Shown: piece by piece, positions 1 to 9,223 of the stretch
How the letters are laid out: each line of letters opens with the position of its first letter
How positions within the stretch are numbered: position 1 is the stretch's first letter
NCBI GenBank assembly: GCA_949287905.1
Contig: CASEHX010000009.1
Location: 23,365-87,364 of the forward strand
DNA length: 64,000 bases
Direction of reading: 5' to 3'
DNA from: an uncultured Olsenella sp.
Lineage (GTDB): Bacteria > Actinomycetota > Coriobacteriia > Coriobacteriales > Atopobiaceae
Position numbers and translations under genes: made by a program
Notes under the pieces: generated by a model
The model's input: only the letters and a program-made list of their open reading frames with translations
Database searches by the model: none
What the model was told of the DNA's origin: nothing

Positions 1-605
1 GACAGCTCGCGAGAAACGCTTTCGAGCGAGCGATCGCGAAGCGAGAACAGGCTGGGCATGCCGCCAAAGCGGAGATAGTCCGCAAAGGCGACGTCCTCGG
101 GCTCCTCTGAGTCGAAGGCGCTGCAGAACGTGAGGTATTCCGCAAAGGAGAGGGGATGCACCATGACGCTGACCTGCCTGCCAGAAAGCTGCGTCGCCAG
201 GTCGGAGGAGAGGATGTGGGCGTTGGACCCGGTGATGTAGACGTCAGTACCGGGGCGCGTGTGAAGGCGCCTGACAACGCGCTCCCAGCCGTCGACCTCC
301 TGTATCTCGTCGAGGAATACGTAGGCCGTCGATTGGGCGTCTGCCGCCTCGAATGCAGCCTGGAGGTCCGCCATGAGCCCTTCTGCCGATTGCTCGAGCG
401 GGAGGTCAAACTCGTCGAAGCGCCGATAGAAGATGTTCTGGGGTGCGATGCCTTCGGCGAGAAGCTGGTCTCGAAAGGCGGCGAGAATGGTCGACTTGCC
501 ACATCGACGGATGCCTTGGAGTACCTTCACCTGCTCGGTCCCGCGAAGAGAGTCTAGGACGTCAAGGTAGTGCTGGCGATTGACGCGCTGGGGACTCGTG
601 CTCAT
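1..605 (-). CDS. AAA_14/DUF4143-type ATP-binding protein, runs off the window start
   Basis: Not in ORF track; manual translation from ATG at 605 (RBS AAGGAGG): MSTSPQRVNRQHYLD...GIRRCGKST (Walker A)...VFLDEIQ (Walker B)...YITGSNA...LSGR...GGMP. Confidence 0.85.
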   Translation of the reverse strand, partial: MSTSPQRVNRQHYLDVLDSLRGTEQVKVLQGIRRCGKSTILAAFRDQLLAEGIAPQNIFYRRFDEFDLPLEQSAEGLMADLQAAFEAADAQSTAYVFLDEIQEVDGWERVVRRLHTRPGTDVYITGSNAHILSSDLATQLSGRQVSVMVHPLSFAEYLTFCSAFDSEEPEDVAFADYLRFGGMPSLFSLRDRSLESVSREL

Positions 606-765
606 GGCGCCTCCTTAGGAAGAATAATTTCGAGTATACCCGAAACTACATCCATGAATTATTCGAGTTTCAGTCATACCTGAAAGAAACTGGGACGTCC
701 TGCCACTCATCAATGAGTTTCCGAATGCGAGGACGAGAAGTTCCGCCAGCGCGCGTGACGCTTCG

Positions 766-1257
766 CTACTCCGTCTCGGGACCCATGAGGCGTCGCTTGT
801 AGACGAACCTTACGGCCAGCAGCGCCGTGCACAGGAAGAGCAGCGTGCCCACCGCAGAGAGCATGGCCTCGCGGCCAACGAGGGCGGTTACGACCACGAT
901 GACGGCGGAGAGCGGCGGAATGAGGTGGATGAAGGTTCGGGCGACCTCGCGCGCTAGGTACGCCTCGAGCTCATCGTTCTCTGTAGCAAGAAGGGCGCGC
1001 AGCGCGGCGTCATCTGCGAGGGCGCTCCGGAGCTTGCGAATCTGCTTTACGGTGAAGCTCGCAGCAAAAGCGAGAAGCCCGATTAGGAAGCCCGCGACAA
1101 AGCTCGTGACGAAGTCGCTTCCCCCGGCGGGTAAGATGTTGGCTACGGCCATGACGACGATAATAACCATCGCGCCTAGGATGATGGCGAGCGAGACGCC
1201 CTCGCGGCGCAGGCGGCGATGGATGTCAGCGCGCAGGGCTTCGGCAGTCTTCTTCAT
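766..1257 (-). CDS. Hypothetical membrane protein
   Basis: Four hydrophobic segments; immediately downstream of the XRE regulator. Confidence 0.7.
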   Translation of the reverse strand: MKKTAEALRADIHRRLRREGVSLAIILGAMVIIVVMAVANILPAGGSDFVTSFVAGFLIGLLAFAASFTVKQIRKLRSALADDAALRALLATENDELEAYLAREVARTFIHLIPPLSAVIVVVTALVGREAMLSAVGTLLFLCTALLAVRFVYKRRLMGPETE

Positions 1258-1262
1258 GGCGA

Positions 1263-1472
1263 TCACAGCTCCTCGTCTATCTCGGAAAAGTCAAAGACGT
1301 CTTCGATTGCAAGGCCAAAGTAGCGGGCGATCTTGTAGGCGAGAGGCAGGGAGGCGGTGTACTTCTCGACCTCGATGGAGGTGATGGTCTGCCGCGTGGT
1401 GCCTACTGCCTCGGCGAGCTCGGCCTGACTCATCTTGCGCTCGCGGCGCAACTCGCGGATGCGCGTCCGCAT
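1263..1472 (-). CDS. XRE-family HTH transcriptional regulator
   Basis: MRTRIRELRRERKMSQAELAEAVGTTRQTITSIE; RBS GAAGG. Confidence 0.9.
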   Translation of the reverse strand: MRTRIRELRRERKMSQAELAEAVGTTRQTITSIEVEKYTASLPLAYKIARYFGLAIEDVFDFSEIDEEL

Positions 1473-1505
1473 GGCATCACCTTCCCTGCCTCGAACAGTC
1501 TTGCT

Positions 1506-1565
1506 AAGCATGCTTTGCAAATTAAGCATAGCATGCTTTGCATACAATGACAAGTACGCTTTGCA
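1506..1565. promoter_or_regulatory. Three operator-like repeats, 23-bp period
   Basis: AAGCATGCTTTGCA (1506), TAGCATGCTTTGCA (1529), AAGTACGCTTTGCA (1552) upstream of the XRE gene. Confidence 0.65.
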
Positions 1566-1634
1566 AGCAGCGTGTAAAGACCGGAGCGTGTTCCGAGCTG
1601 TCGGTCAGTGAGAGAAAAACCTGTCCCCTTTTAC

Positions 1635-2783
1635 TCAGCGGTTGCGCGCTATGCGCAGGTCGAGCTCGCGCAGGAAGCGCTCCTCGCCGTCGAAGGTGCG
1701 GGGGATGTCCAAGTGGTAGTCCTTCTCGCCGTGCGGGGTGGTGCCGTGGCCGTTGACCTTGATGCACCATCGGCCCAGCTCATAGCTGGTGACGCCGTCG
1801 AGGTCCCAGGTGCTCGTGCTCGCGAGCTCGCCCGAGCCCGAGGTGAGCGCGTAGGAGAGATGACCGCCCTCGAGCACGATGGTCTGCGTGAGGCTTGTGC
1901 CCGAGCGGTGCGCCCACCAGCCGGCGGCGACGGGCCAGGCAAAGATGCCCAGGCCGATCACGCCTGAGATTAGTCCTTGTATCAGCGGAAATGCGTCAAA
2001 GAACGCGAAGCGTGGCCCCTCGGGCACGAGCACGACCACGCCGAGTGTGGCAAGCCCAGCGGCGATCATGCCAAAAGTGACGTTGCGCGCAAAGGCTACA
2101 TAAGGACGACGCTTCTCCTCGTTTCGCGGGAACGCGATGGCGTCGCCGCGTTCGATGGCCTCGGCCGTGCTCGCATCGAGCGACCAACCTGCCAAGGTGC
2201 GCTTCTCACGACGTTCGCTCTTGACGCCGATAAGGAAGTGCGCGAGGTAGGCAATCGGCATTGCTATGCAGAAGACGGCGACGGTGCCAAGCGTCACCCA
2301 GCACATGGTGTCAAAGAGCGGCGTCCCCACGGACATAAAGACAGCGAGCAGCTCACAGCAGACGGCGAGAAAAACGGCCAGCACGGCGACGCGGGCGACG
2401 AGGGCGGCTCGGCGCGAGAGCCCGTAGGAGCGTCCTGCGCGCAGGCCGCGGTCTGCTGCGACGCCCTTGAGCATGGCGTCGCCAGCTGAGTCGCTCGATG
2501 TGATGCCGAGGATGATGAGCAGGTTGAAGAGGAGGCGCGCAGGCAAGGGAATCGCGACGGTGAGGCCGGCGCGGTAGTCGGCGAAGGACCGGACGATGTA
2601 GTAGACGCATGCGACGATGGGGTAGGCCGCCAGCGACAGCACGGCGAGAAGCATCGCGAGCTCGTGGCTGGGCGCGACGAAGGAGAGCGCGTTCAGTGCG
2701 ACGAACGTGAGCAGGTAGCCTGCCGCGTGGATGAGGACGTGCTTGGCGGCGTCCCGAAGCTCGCGCGCGTTCTTCTCGGCCAT
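1635..2783 (-). CDS. Hypothetical multi-pass membrane protein
   Basis: MAEKNARE... after RBS GAGGAGG; several TM segments. Confidence 0.7.
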   Translation of the reverse strand: MAEKNARELRDAAKHVLIHAAGYLLTFVALNALSFVAPSHELAMLLAVLSLAAYPIVACVYYIVRSFADYRAGLTVAIPLPARLLFNLLIILGITSSDSAGDAMLKGVAADRGLRAGRSYGLSRRAALVARVAVLAVFLAVCCELLAVFMSVGTPLFDTMCWVTLGTVAVFCIAMPIAYLAHFLIGVKSERREKRTLAGWSLDASTAEAIERGDAIAFPRNEEKRRPYVAFARNVTFGMIAAGLATLGVVVLVPEGPRFAFFDAFPLIQGLISGVIGLGIFAWPVAAGWWAHRSGTSLTQTIVLEGGHLSYALTSGSGELASTSTWDLDGVTSYELGRWCIKVNGHGTTPHGEKDYHLDIPRTFDGEERFLRELDLRIARNR

Positions 2784-2857
2784 GAAACCTCCTCGCTGTT
2801 GCCTCCAAGGTATCCCATCGCGCTCCGCGCCCGCGAAACCCTTACGGATCCCTGACG

Positions 2858-2901
2858 TGACAGGGGGACGGAGGCATTGTCGCCGCTCCGTCCCCCTGTC
2901 A
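2858..2901. repeat. Palindrome with 16-bp perfect arms (REP-like)
   Basis: TGACAGGGGGACGGAG...CTCCGTCCCCCTGTCA. Confidence 0.8.
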
Positions 2902-3066
2902 TATTGGCGATAAGCCCCTCTACCTGCGGCGCGCAACCGGCGGGTGCCTCCCGGTTGCCTCAAAACCAGCCAAATTGCTTACCGTCGGTTGGTAGAATTG
3001 CTCCGTGCGCGCCCGCAGAATACAAGGTGCCGGCAGACAGCGCACACCCCCGACGAAGGGCAGACC

Positions 3067-4098
3067 ATGAGCTTTCGCGACAACCTCCAGCACCTGCGCG
3101 CAGAGCGCAACATGACCCAGGAGCAGCTGGCCATGCTGCTCGGCGTCTCCCGCCAGAGCGTAACCAAGTGGGAGGCAGAGAGGAGTCAGCCGGAGATGGA
3201 CAAGCTCCTCAAGATGTGCGAGATCTTCGACTGCACGCTTGACGAGCTCGTGACGGGCGACCTCACCGGCCGCGCCGCGCCCGCGACGGCCGCCCCCATC
3301 CCCGCCGGCCCGCCCACCGACGTCTGCGGCTACGAGGAGCACCAGCGCATGATGGCGCTCAAGGTCCCCACCGGCGTGGCGCTCATCCTCTTGGGCATCG
3401 CGCTTGGCCTGCTCTTCGAGGGCTCCGTCGAGCTGGCGTCCTGGAACGGGCGCGACGGCCTCTTCGTGATCATCGTGCTCGTGGGCATCCTCGCTGGCCT
3501 CGCGTTTCTCGTGCCCGCGGGCATGGAGCACACGGCGTTCCAGAAGGCGCACCCCTACGTGGAGGACTTCTACACCGACGAGGACCGCGCCGCGGCCCGT
3601 CGGCAGTTCTCGACGGCGCTCATCGCTGGCCTCGCGCTCATCTTCGCGGGCATCGGCTGCGTGCTCATGCTCGAGAAGACCGCGGAGAACTGGGGGCTCT
3701 TCCTGCTCATGCTCTTCATCGCTCTGGGCGTGTGGTGGATTGTGCGCGGCGGCATGCTGCTCGGGCGGGTCAACGTCGAGGAGTACAACCGCTCCGTCGG
3801 GGAGGACCTCGAGGTGGAGGACATCGTATCCGCAGAGCTGGACGAGGCGCAGCGCGAGGCTCTTCTCGCCCAGAAGCGACGTGGCAAGAAGCTCGGCGCC
3901 GTGTGCGGCGCCATCATGATCGTGGCCACGATTGTGGGCCTGGCGCTTCTCTTTGCGCCGGTGTTCTCGGCGCCAAATATGGACTCCTGGACCCCGGAGG
4001 GCACCTCGGCCATGTGGTTCTGGGTGGCCTGGCCGGTGGGTGGCCTCGTCTGCGGCATCGTGACGCTGCTCTGGGAGGCGTTCGACCGGGAGGGGTAG
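3067..4098 (+). CDS. XRE HTH regulator with C-terminal membrane domain
   Basis: MSFRDNLQHLRAERNMTQEQLAMLLGVSRQSVTKWE plus about 6 TM helices. Confidence 0.85.
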   Translation: MSFRDNLQHLRAERNMTQEQLAMLLGVSRQSVTKWEAERSQPEMDKLLKMCEIFDCTLDELVTGDLTGRAAPATAAPIPAGPPTDVCGYEEHQRMMALKVPTGVALILLGIALGLLFEGSVELASWNGRDGLFVIIVLVGILAGLAFLVPAGMEHTAFQKAHPYVEDFYTDEDRAAARRQFSTALIAGLALIFAGIGCVLMLEKTAENWGLFLLMLFIALGVWWIVRGGMLLGRVNVEEYNRSVGEDLEVEDIVSAELDEAQREALLAQKRRGKKLGAVCGAIMIVATIVGLALLFAPVFSAPNMDSWTPEGTSAMWFWVAWPVGGLVCGIVTLLWEAFDREG

Positions 4099-4127
4099 CG
4101 TCCCTTTGTCCTGTGCCTCTGCTACTA

Positions 4128-4143
4128 TGTAGACACGTCTACA
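4128..4143. promoter_or_regulatory. Putative TA operator palindrome
   Basis: TGTAGAC-AC-GTCTACA between a TG-n-TACTAT -10 and the RBS. Confidence 0.6.
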
Positions 4144-4155
4144 AAGGAGGCTCGC

Positions 4156-4437
4156 ATGGCAACGGCAGTCGTTTCCGGGCGCGTGGACGAGAAGATCCGT
4201 CAGCGCGCGGACGCCTACATCCGCGCGGCTGGGTCCACGCCGGCCGAGGTCATCAAGGTGGTCTGGGAGAACATCGCGCGCACGGGAGAGGTGCCGGAGG
4301 AGGCGCCGGCAGAGGAGCCCCGCGGTACCTGGGAGCGTTTCATGGAGTTCCGAGAGAGCCTTCCCGAGGCCGAGCCGTGGCTGGTCAACCTCACCAAGGA
4401 GCAGATGCGCGACATGATTGCGAGCCGCTATGCGTGA
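4156..4437 (+). CDS. RelB/DinJ-like antitoxin
   Basis: RHH-like N-terminus MATAVVSGRVDEKIRQRA; overlaps the PIN gene. Confidence 0.75.
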   Translation: MATAVVSGRVDEKIRQRADAYIRAAGSTPAEVIKVVWENIARTGEVPEEAPAEEPRGTWERFMEFRESLPEAEPWLVNLTKEQMRDMIASRYA

Positions 4438-4858
4438 CTTCAACAGCAGGAGGCTACTCTTGGACACCAACGTTCTTCTCGACGCGGTTTGCAGGGAGCG
4501 CCCGCAGTCGGCGGAAGCGTGCGAGGTCCTTCACCGTTGCAACGGTGGGGGAGACCTTGGGCTCGTTGCCGTGGGGTCTCTCAAGGACACGTATTACGTG
4601 CTTCAACGTCAGTACGGCGAGGCACAGGCGAGAAGATCGATAGAGTGGCTGCGTGAGCTGCTCGTTATCGCGCCGATGGGCGCGGAGGAGTGCGAGCTCT
4701 CGCTCGGCTGCGGCGAGTCGGACTTCGAGGACGGCCTCATCCGCGCCTGCGCCGAGCTCAACGACGTGGACGTCATCCTCACGCGCGACGCGGACGCGTT
4801 CAAGCGGTCCAAGGTCCGCGCCATGACCTGCGCGGAGTACCTCGAGACCTTTGACTAG
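4430..4858 (+). CDS. PIN-domain (VapC-like) toxin
   Basis: LLDTNVLLD...DFEDGLI...ILTRD PIN motifs. Confidence 0.88.
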   Translation: MRDFNSRRLLLDTNVLLDAVCRERPQSAEACEVLHRCNGGGDLGLVAVGSLKDTYYVLQRQYGEAQARRSIEWLRELLVIAPMGAEECELSLGCGESDFEDGLIRACAELNDVDVILTRDADAFKRSKVRAMTCAEYLETFD

Positions 4859-4866
4859 GAGACGCC

Positions 4867-5874
4867 ATGGATGAGCTGCTGTGCAACGATGCAAGCTACA
4901 TGGAAACGCTCGAGCACATTAAAAGAGAGATCTCCGGATCGCGGGCGCGCGCCGTGCTTGCGGTCAACAGCGAGGTCATCTGCATGTACTGGAGGATCGG
5001 CAAGCTCATCAACGAGCACTCCGAGTGGGGCAATCGCTTTATCGACTCCTTGTCTAACGACATCAGGCTCGCGTATCCAGGCATCAAGGGCTTCTCGGTC
5101 CGCAACCTCAAGTACATGCTTCGGCTTGCGCGCGAGTACGACCTCGAATTTGTGCAGCAGCTTGCTGCACAAATTCCCTGGGGTCATACTATGTATCTGT
5201 TTGACAAGGTTAGGGACCGGGATAGACGAGACTGGTACATGAGGAAGGCGGCCGAGCATGGCTGGAGCCGCGCGACGCTCATGCATCAGGTGTCCACCGG
5301 ATTGTTCGAGCGCCAATCCGAGGTCCAGAAAGTCACCAATTTCGACCGCATGCTCCCGCCGGCGGACAGCGAGATGGTTCAGGAGGTTCTCAAGGACCCC
5401 TACATCTTCGACTTCGTAACCGCGGACGAGGGCGTCGAGGAGAAGACGCTCGAGGACGAGATGGTCAGGAACATCACGGGGCTGCTCCTCGAGCTGGGCA
5501 CCGGCTTCGCGTTCATGGGCAGGCAGTACCACCTAGCGGTTTCCGGCAAGGACTTCTACATCGACCTCCTCTTCTATAACACGAGGCTGTCGCGCTACTT
5601 CGTCATAGAGCTCAAGGCGGGCGAGTTCCGTCCGGAGTATACGGGAAAGCTCGGGTTCTACGTCGCCGCCGTTGACGACCTGCTCCGTAACGAGCACGAC
5701 GGTCCCACCGTCGGCCTCCTGCTCTGCAAGACGAAGGACAACACCATCGTCGAGTACTCTCTGCGCAGCGCGTCAGCCCCCATCGGGGTGAGCGAGTACA
5801 GAACCGCGGACGAGCTCCCCGAGGAGATGCGCGGAGTCCTTCCGACGCCGGAGGACATCGCAAGCCGCGTTTGA
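4867..5874 (+). CDS. YhcG/DUF1016 PD-(D/E)XK nuclease-domain protein (copy 1)
   Basis: YWRIG, GFSVRNLKYM, IPWGH, KDPYIFDF, LLELGTGFAFMGRQY, IDLLFY, IELK, GLLLC. Confidence 0.92.
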   Translation: MDELLCNDASYMETLEHIKREISGSRARAVLAVNSEVICMYWRIGKLINEHSEWGNRFIDSLSNDIRLAYPGIKGFSVRNLKYMLRLAREYDLEFVQQLAAQIPWGHTMYLFDKVRDRDRRDWYMRKAAEHGWSRATLMHQVSTGLFERQSEVQKVTNFDRMLPPADSEMVQEVLKDPYIFDFVTADEGVEEKTLEDEMVRNITGLLLELGTGFAFMGRQYHLAVSGKDFYIDLLFYNTRLSRYFVIELKAGEFRPEYTGKLGFYVAAVDDLLRNEHDGPTVGLLLCKTKDNTIVEYSLRSASAPIGVSEYRTADELPEEMRGVLPTPEDIASRV

Positions 5875-5947
5875 CGCGGGGTGTCCCGCGCTATTCTGGC
5901 ATCTCGAAAGAATGGCATGCCGTTGAACGTCATTGGAAGTTCGGCGA

Positions 5948-7372
5948 CTACGAGTCGATTCGCTCAATGAACGCCTGGTAGTCGACCTCGTTCTGGTCGG
6001 CGTAGGCGCGGGCGAAGTCCCACATGGCGTCCTCGAAGGCGTGTCCGTCGTCGAGGTAGGTCGCAATGGCGACCTCGTCGCCGGTGCGGGCGTGCGCGTG
6101 CGCGAGCGACCACGCGCAGAGGCGCGCGACGTTCTCGAGGCTCTCCGGGCCCACCGCGGCGAGGTCGATGGAGCCTTTGCCGTTCCAGAGCTGGCGCACG
6201 TAGTAGTCGCGCGTCCCGCCGTCCGCCGTGGGCACGCTCGTCCAGCCCAGCAGGAAGTCGCTCGTGGACTGCACGAGGCGCTGGCCCTCCACCACGCGCT
6301 CGCCGTGGCTGGCAAAGCCGCTCGGTCGCCAGAAGCGCTCCACGACGGACTCCTCAGCCTCCTTGACCTGGAGGACTAGCGGGTCATCCTCGTCGCGCCC
6401 AGTGAGCAGCGCAATCCAGGCGCGGCGCCCCACCGACCCCACGCCCACCACTTTGCGCGCGGCGTCCTGCAGGCGATAGCTGCCGAGAAGAACGCGGCAG
6501 TCGCGAGGGAGGCTCTCGAAGTAGGCGTCGAGCAGGCCGCGCAGCGCATGGCTCAGCTGGGCCGCGTCGTAGCCCTGGACGGACGAGAGTTCCGAGAGCG
6601 GCACCAGCTCCGGCGGGCGCGTGTCAAAGCGCAGGCGGCCCCCGTCGCGCACCGTGAGTCGATCCGCTGCTCGCACGCTGTCCTTCTCGCGCGCCTTCTC
6701 CACGACCTTGCGGATGGTCCGGCCGGTCTTGCCGTCAAGCTCAAACTCGTCGAGCATGCGCTCGACGTCGAGGTGGGCGTGCCAGACGTCAAGCTCGCCC
6801 ATCCCCGCGAAGCGTGACATCGTGCGATGGTACTGCTTGGCGCAGGCGTGCACGGCGTCCTTGCGGTCCTGCTTGGAGAAGCCCCGGTCGCGCCCGCAGA
6901 TCTCAATGCTCGCCACAAGGCGCATGACGTCCCACTCCCAGGGCCCGGGCGAGGTCTCGTCAAAGTCGTTAACGTCAAAGACAAGGTGGCGCGTGTGGCT
7001 CATGAAGATGCCGAAGTTGCCAACATGCGCGTCGCCGATGCATTGGACCTCGATGCCGGTGACGGGCATCGTGGCGAGGTCTGCTGCCATGATGACGGCG
7101 CTGCCGCGGTAGAACGTGAACGGCGAGACGCCCATGCGCTCGTAGCGCAGCGGCACGAGGCCCGGGTCGCGCGTGACGGACTGCTGCTCGATGAGGTCGA
7201 TTGCCGGCTCGCTGGACGTACGCGGCTCCCAGGTGCCGAGCGTCTCGATCGGGCAGGCCTCGCGCGCGGCGCGCCCGGCGGCCCGGCGCTCCTCCACGGT
7301 GGGCGCGGGACGGTAGAGCACCGCCTGCGAGCTGGGTGCAGCGTTCTTCTCAATCATCTCGAGCTCGTCCAT
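5948..7372 (-). CDS. DUF2252 family protein
   Basis: SPFTFYRGSA, GDAHVGNFG, FDVNDFDE, KVVGVGSVG, YADQNEVDY. Confidence 0.9.
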   Translation of the reverse strand: MDELEMIEKNAAPSSQAVLYRPAPTVEERRAAGRAAREACPIETLGTWEPRTSSEPAIDLIEQQSVTRDPGLVPLRYERMGVSPFTFYRGSAVIMAADLATMPVTGIEVQCIGDAHVGNFGIFMSHTRHLVFDVNDFDETSPGPWEWDVMRLVASIEICGRDRGFSKQDRKDAVHACAKQYHRTMSRFAGMGELDVWHAHLDVERMLDEFELDGKTGRTIRKVVEKAREKDSVRAADRLTVRDGGRLRFDTRPPELVPLSELSSVQGYDAAQLSHALRGLLDAYFESLPRDCRVLLGSYRLQDAARKVVGVGSVGRRAWIALLTGRDEDDPLVLQVKEAEESVVERFWRPSGFASHGERVVEGQRLVQSTSDFLLGWTSVPTADGGTRDYYVRQLWNGKGSIDLAAVGPESLENVARLCAWSLAHAHARTGDEVAIATYLDDGHAFEDAMWDFARAYADQNEVDYQAFIERIDS

Positions 7373-7439
7373 GCGAGTCCTTTCCTATGATATGAAGGGA
7401 CAGTCCCTTTGTCTCATTCTCACACAGGAGGAAAGAAGA

Positions 7440-8690
7440 GTGGCAAGCAACTCCTGGAAGCTCAAGCTCGCGTGCGTGTGGGGCGGCGAGCTGGTCTCGG
7501 TGCTCACGAGCTCCATTCTGCAGATGGGCTTTGTCTGGCACATCACGCTCACCACGAACTCGGCGAGCATGCTCTCGCTGGCGTCGCTCGCGGGCTTCCT
7601 GCCGCTCGCGCTCTTTGGTACCTTCGCGGGGACCATCGTCGACCGTCTGCCGCTCAAGACTACGCTCATCGGGGCGGACCTCTTCATCGCCACGGTGAGC
7701 GCCGTCGTGGCGGCAGTCTCGCTCACTGGTGTGCTTCCTGTGTGGGTGGTCATGGTCGCACTCTTCGTGCGGGCCATCGGCAGCTCTCTACACACGCCGG
7801 CCTTCCAGGCGCTTACGCCTCTCGTGGCGCCCGCCGAGCACCTCACACGCCTTGCGGGCGTGACGCAGGCCGTCCAGTCCGGCGGCTACATCCTCGGCAC
7901 GGCCGTCGCGGCGGTGATCTATCCGCTATGGGGCCTCACGGCTATGATCGCGCTGGATGTGGTGGGTGCGCTCTTCGCCACGGTGGCGGTGCTCGCGGCA
8001 AGGCTCGACGTGGGCGGCACCGGCCAAAACGCGGCGGCAGGCGAGAAGAACCTCGGCCTTGTGGCGCAGGCGCGCGCCCTGGCTGCCGAGACCGCCGACG
8101 GCTACCGCGTCCTGCGCGGCTACCGCGGCCTCTTCGCGCTTTTGTGGTGCGGCTTCGTCTTCACGCTGGTCTTCTCGCCCATATCGGCGCTCTTTCCGCT
8201 CATGACGCTCGACCACTTCGGCGGCACCACGGGTGACGCCGCCACGGCGGAGATCGTGTTCTCGGTGGGCATGATCGCGGGCTCAGCGTTGCTCACGGCA
8301 ACGGGCGGCTTCAGGAACCGCGCGCTCACGGTCTGCTTTGCCACGGCACTTTACGGATTTGCGACGCTGGTCGCGGGCTGCGCGGGGCCAAGCGCTGGCG
8401 GCATGCAGCTCTTCTTTGTGATGAGCTTCCTCATGGGACTGAGCTCGCCGTTCTACTCTGGACCGCAGACCGCCCTCATGCAGGAGAAGGTTCCGCCCGA
8501 GTACCTGGGGCGCGTCTTTGGCCTCTACGGCGCCATCATGTCCTGGGCGATGCCGCTTGGGCTGGCGTTCTCGTCGCTCTTCGCGGATGCCGTTGGCGCG
8601 CCGGCGTGGTTTGTCGGCGCCGGCGCCGCGATGATTCTTCTCGCCTGCGTGACCTGGGCAATCCCCGCCATCCGCCACATCGAGGAGTGA
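7440..8690 (+). CDS. MFS efflux transporter, Mef(A)-like
   Basis: WKLKLACVWGGELVSVLTSSILQM...GFLP...VDR...IGADL resembles the Mef(A) N-terminus; YLGRVFGL near the C-terminus; GTG start. Confidence 0.8.
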   Translation: MASNSWKLKLACVWGGELVSVLTSSILQMGFVWHITLTTNSASMLSLASLAGFLPLALFGTFAGTIVDRLPLKTTLIGADLFIATVSAVVAAVSLTGVLPVWVVMVALFVRAIGSSLHTPAFQALTPLVAPAEHLTRLAGVTQAVQSGGYILGTAVAAVIYPLWGLTAMIALDVVGALFATVAVLAARLDVGGTGQNAAAGEKNLGLVAQARALAAETADGYRVLRGYRGLFALLWCGFVFTLVFSPISALFPLMTLDHFGGTTGDAATAEIVFSVGMIAGSALLTATGGFRNRALTVCFATALYGFATLVAGCAGPSAGGMQLFFVMSFLMGLSSPFYSGPQTALMQEKVPPEYLGRVFGLYGAIMSWAMPLGLAFSSLFADAVGAPAWFVGAGAAMILLACVTWAIPAIRHIEE

Positions 8691-8715
8691 GACAAAGGGG
8701 CAGTCCCCTTCTGGA

Positions 8716-9162
8716 TCATTCCTGGTTGTGTCCCCAGGCCTCGTTTACGATTCGCAGCGTGAGCTCGTCGCGGCTGCCGCCGTAGTACTTGTTCAGCACG
8801 GCGCCAAAGACGGGGTCGACACCTGCGAGCTCAAAGAGCGTCATCGACGAGCGGACCTTGAGCGCGTCGATGTCTCCCAACACGGCCACGGGGTCGCTCC
8901 CGGGCAAGGCGAGAAGCGCATGCGAAATCTCGAGCAGACGTGCCCTGAGCAGGGGATGGTTTACATATGCGTCAAGCTCTGCTCGGCTGGCGATGCCGTA
9001 GCGCTCCGCCATGGGGCTGCGCCCGAGGCCGCGAGCTTGCGGGAAGACGAACCAGATCCAGTGGCTCCGCTTGCGCCCCGCGCGAATCTCGGCGAGCGCC
9101 TGCTCGTAGACGCCACCGCCCTGTGCGCGGACAAAGCGCTCGATGTCAAATCCCGTGGCCAT
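8716..9162 (-). CDS. DUF1810 family protein
   Basis: ERFVRAQ, GRKRSHWIWFVFPQ, DALKVRSSMTLF. Confidence 0.88.
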   Translation of the reverse strand: MATGFDIERFVRAQGGGVYEQALAEIRAGRKRSHWIWFVFPQARGLGRSPMAERYGIASRAELDAYVNHPLLRARLLEISHALLALPGSDPVAVLGDIDALKVRSSMTLFELAGVDPVFGAVLNKYYGGSRDELTLRIVNEAWGHNQE

Positions 9163-9223
9163 GCGATGCTCCTCTCGTTTGTCAGATAATAGACCCGTCA
9201 AGCCGAGAAGAACGGAGCGCCGC

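Noticed and set aside
156..557. Plus-strand 133-aa ORF
   Set aside because: Antisense to the AAA ATPase
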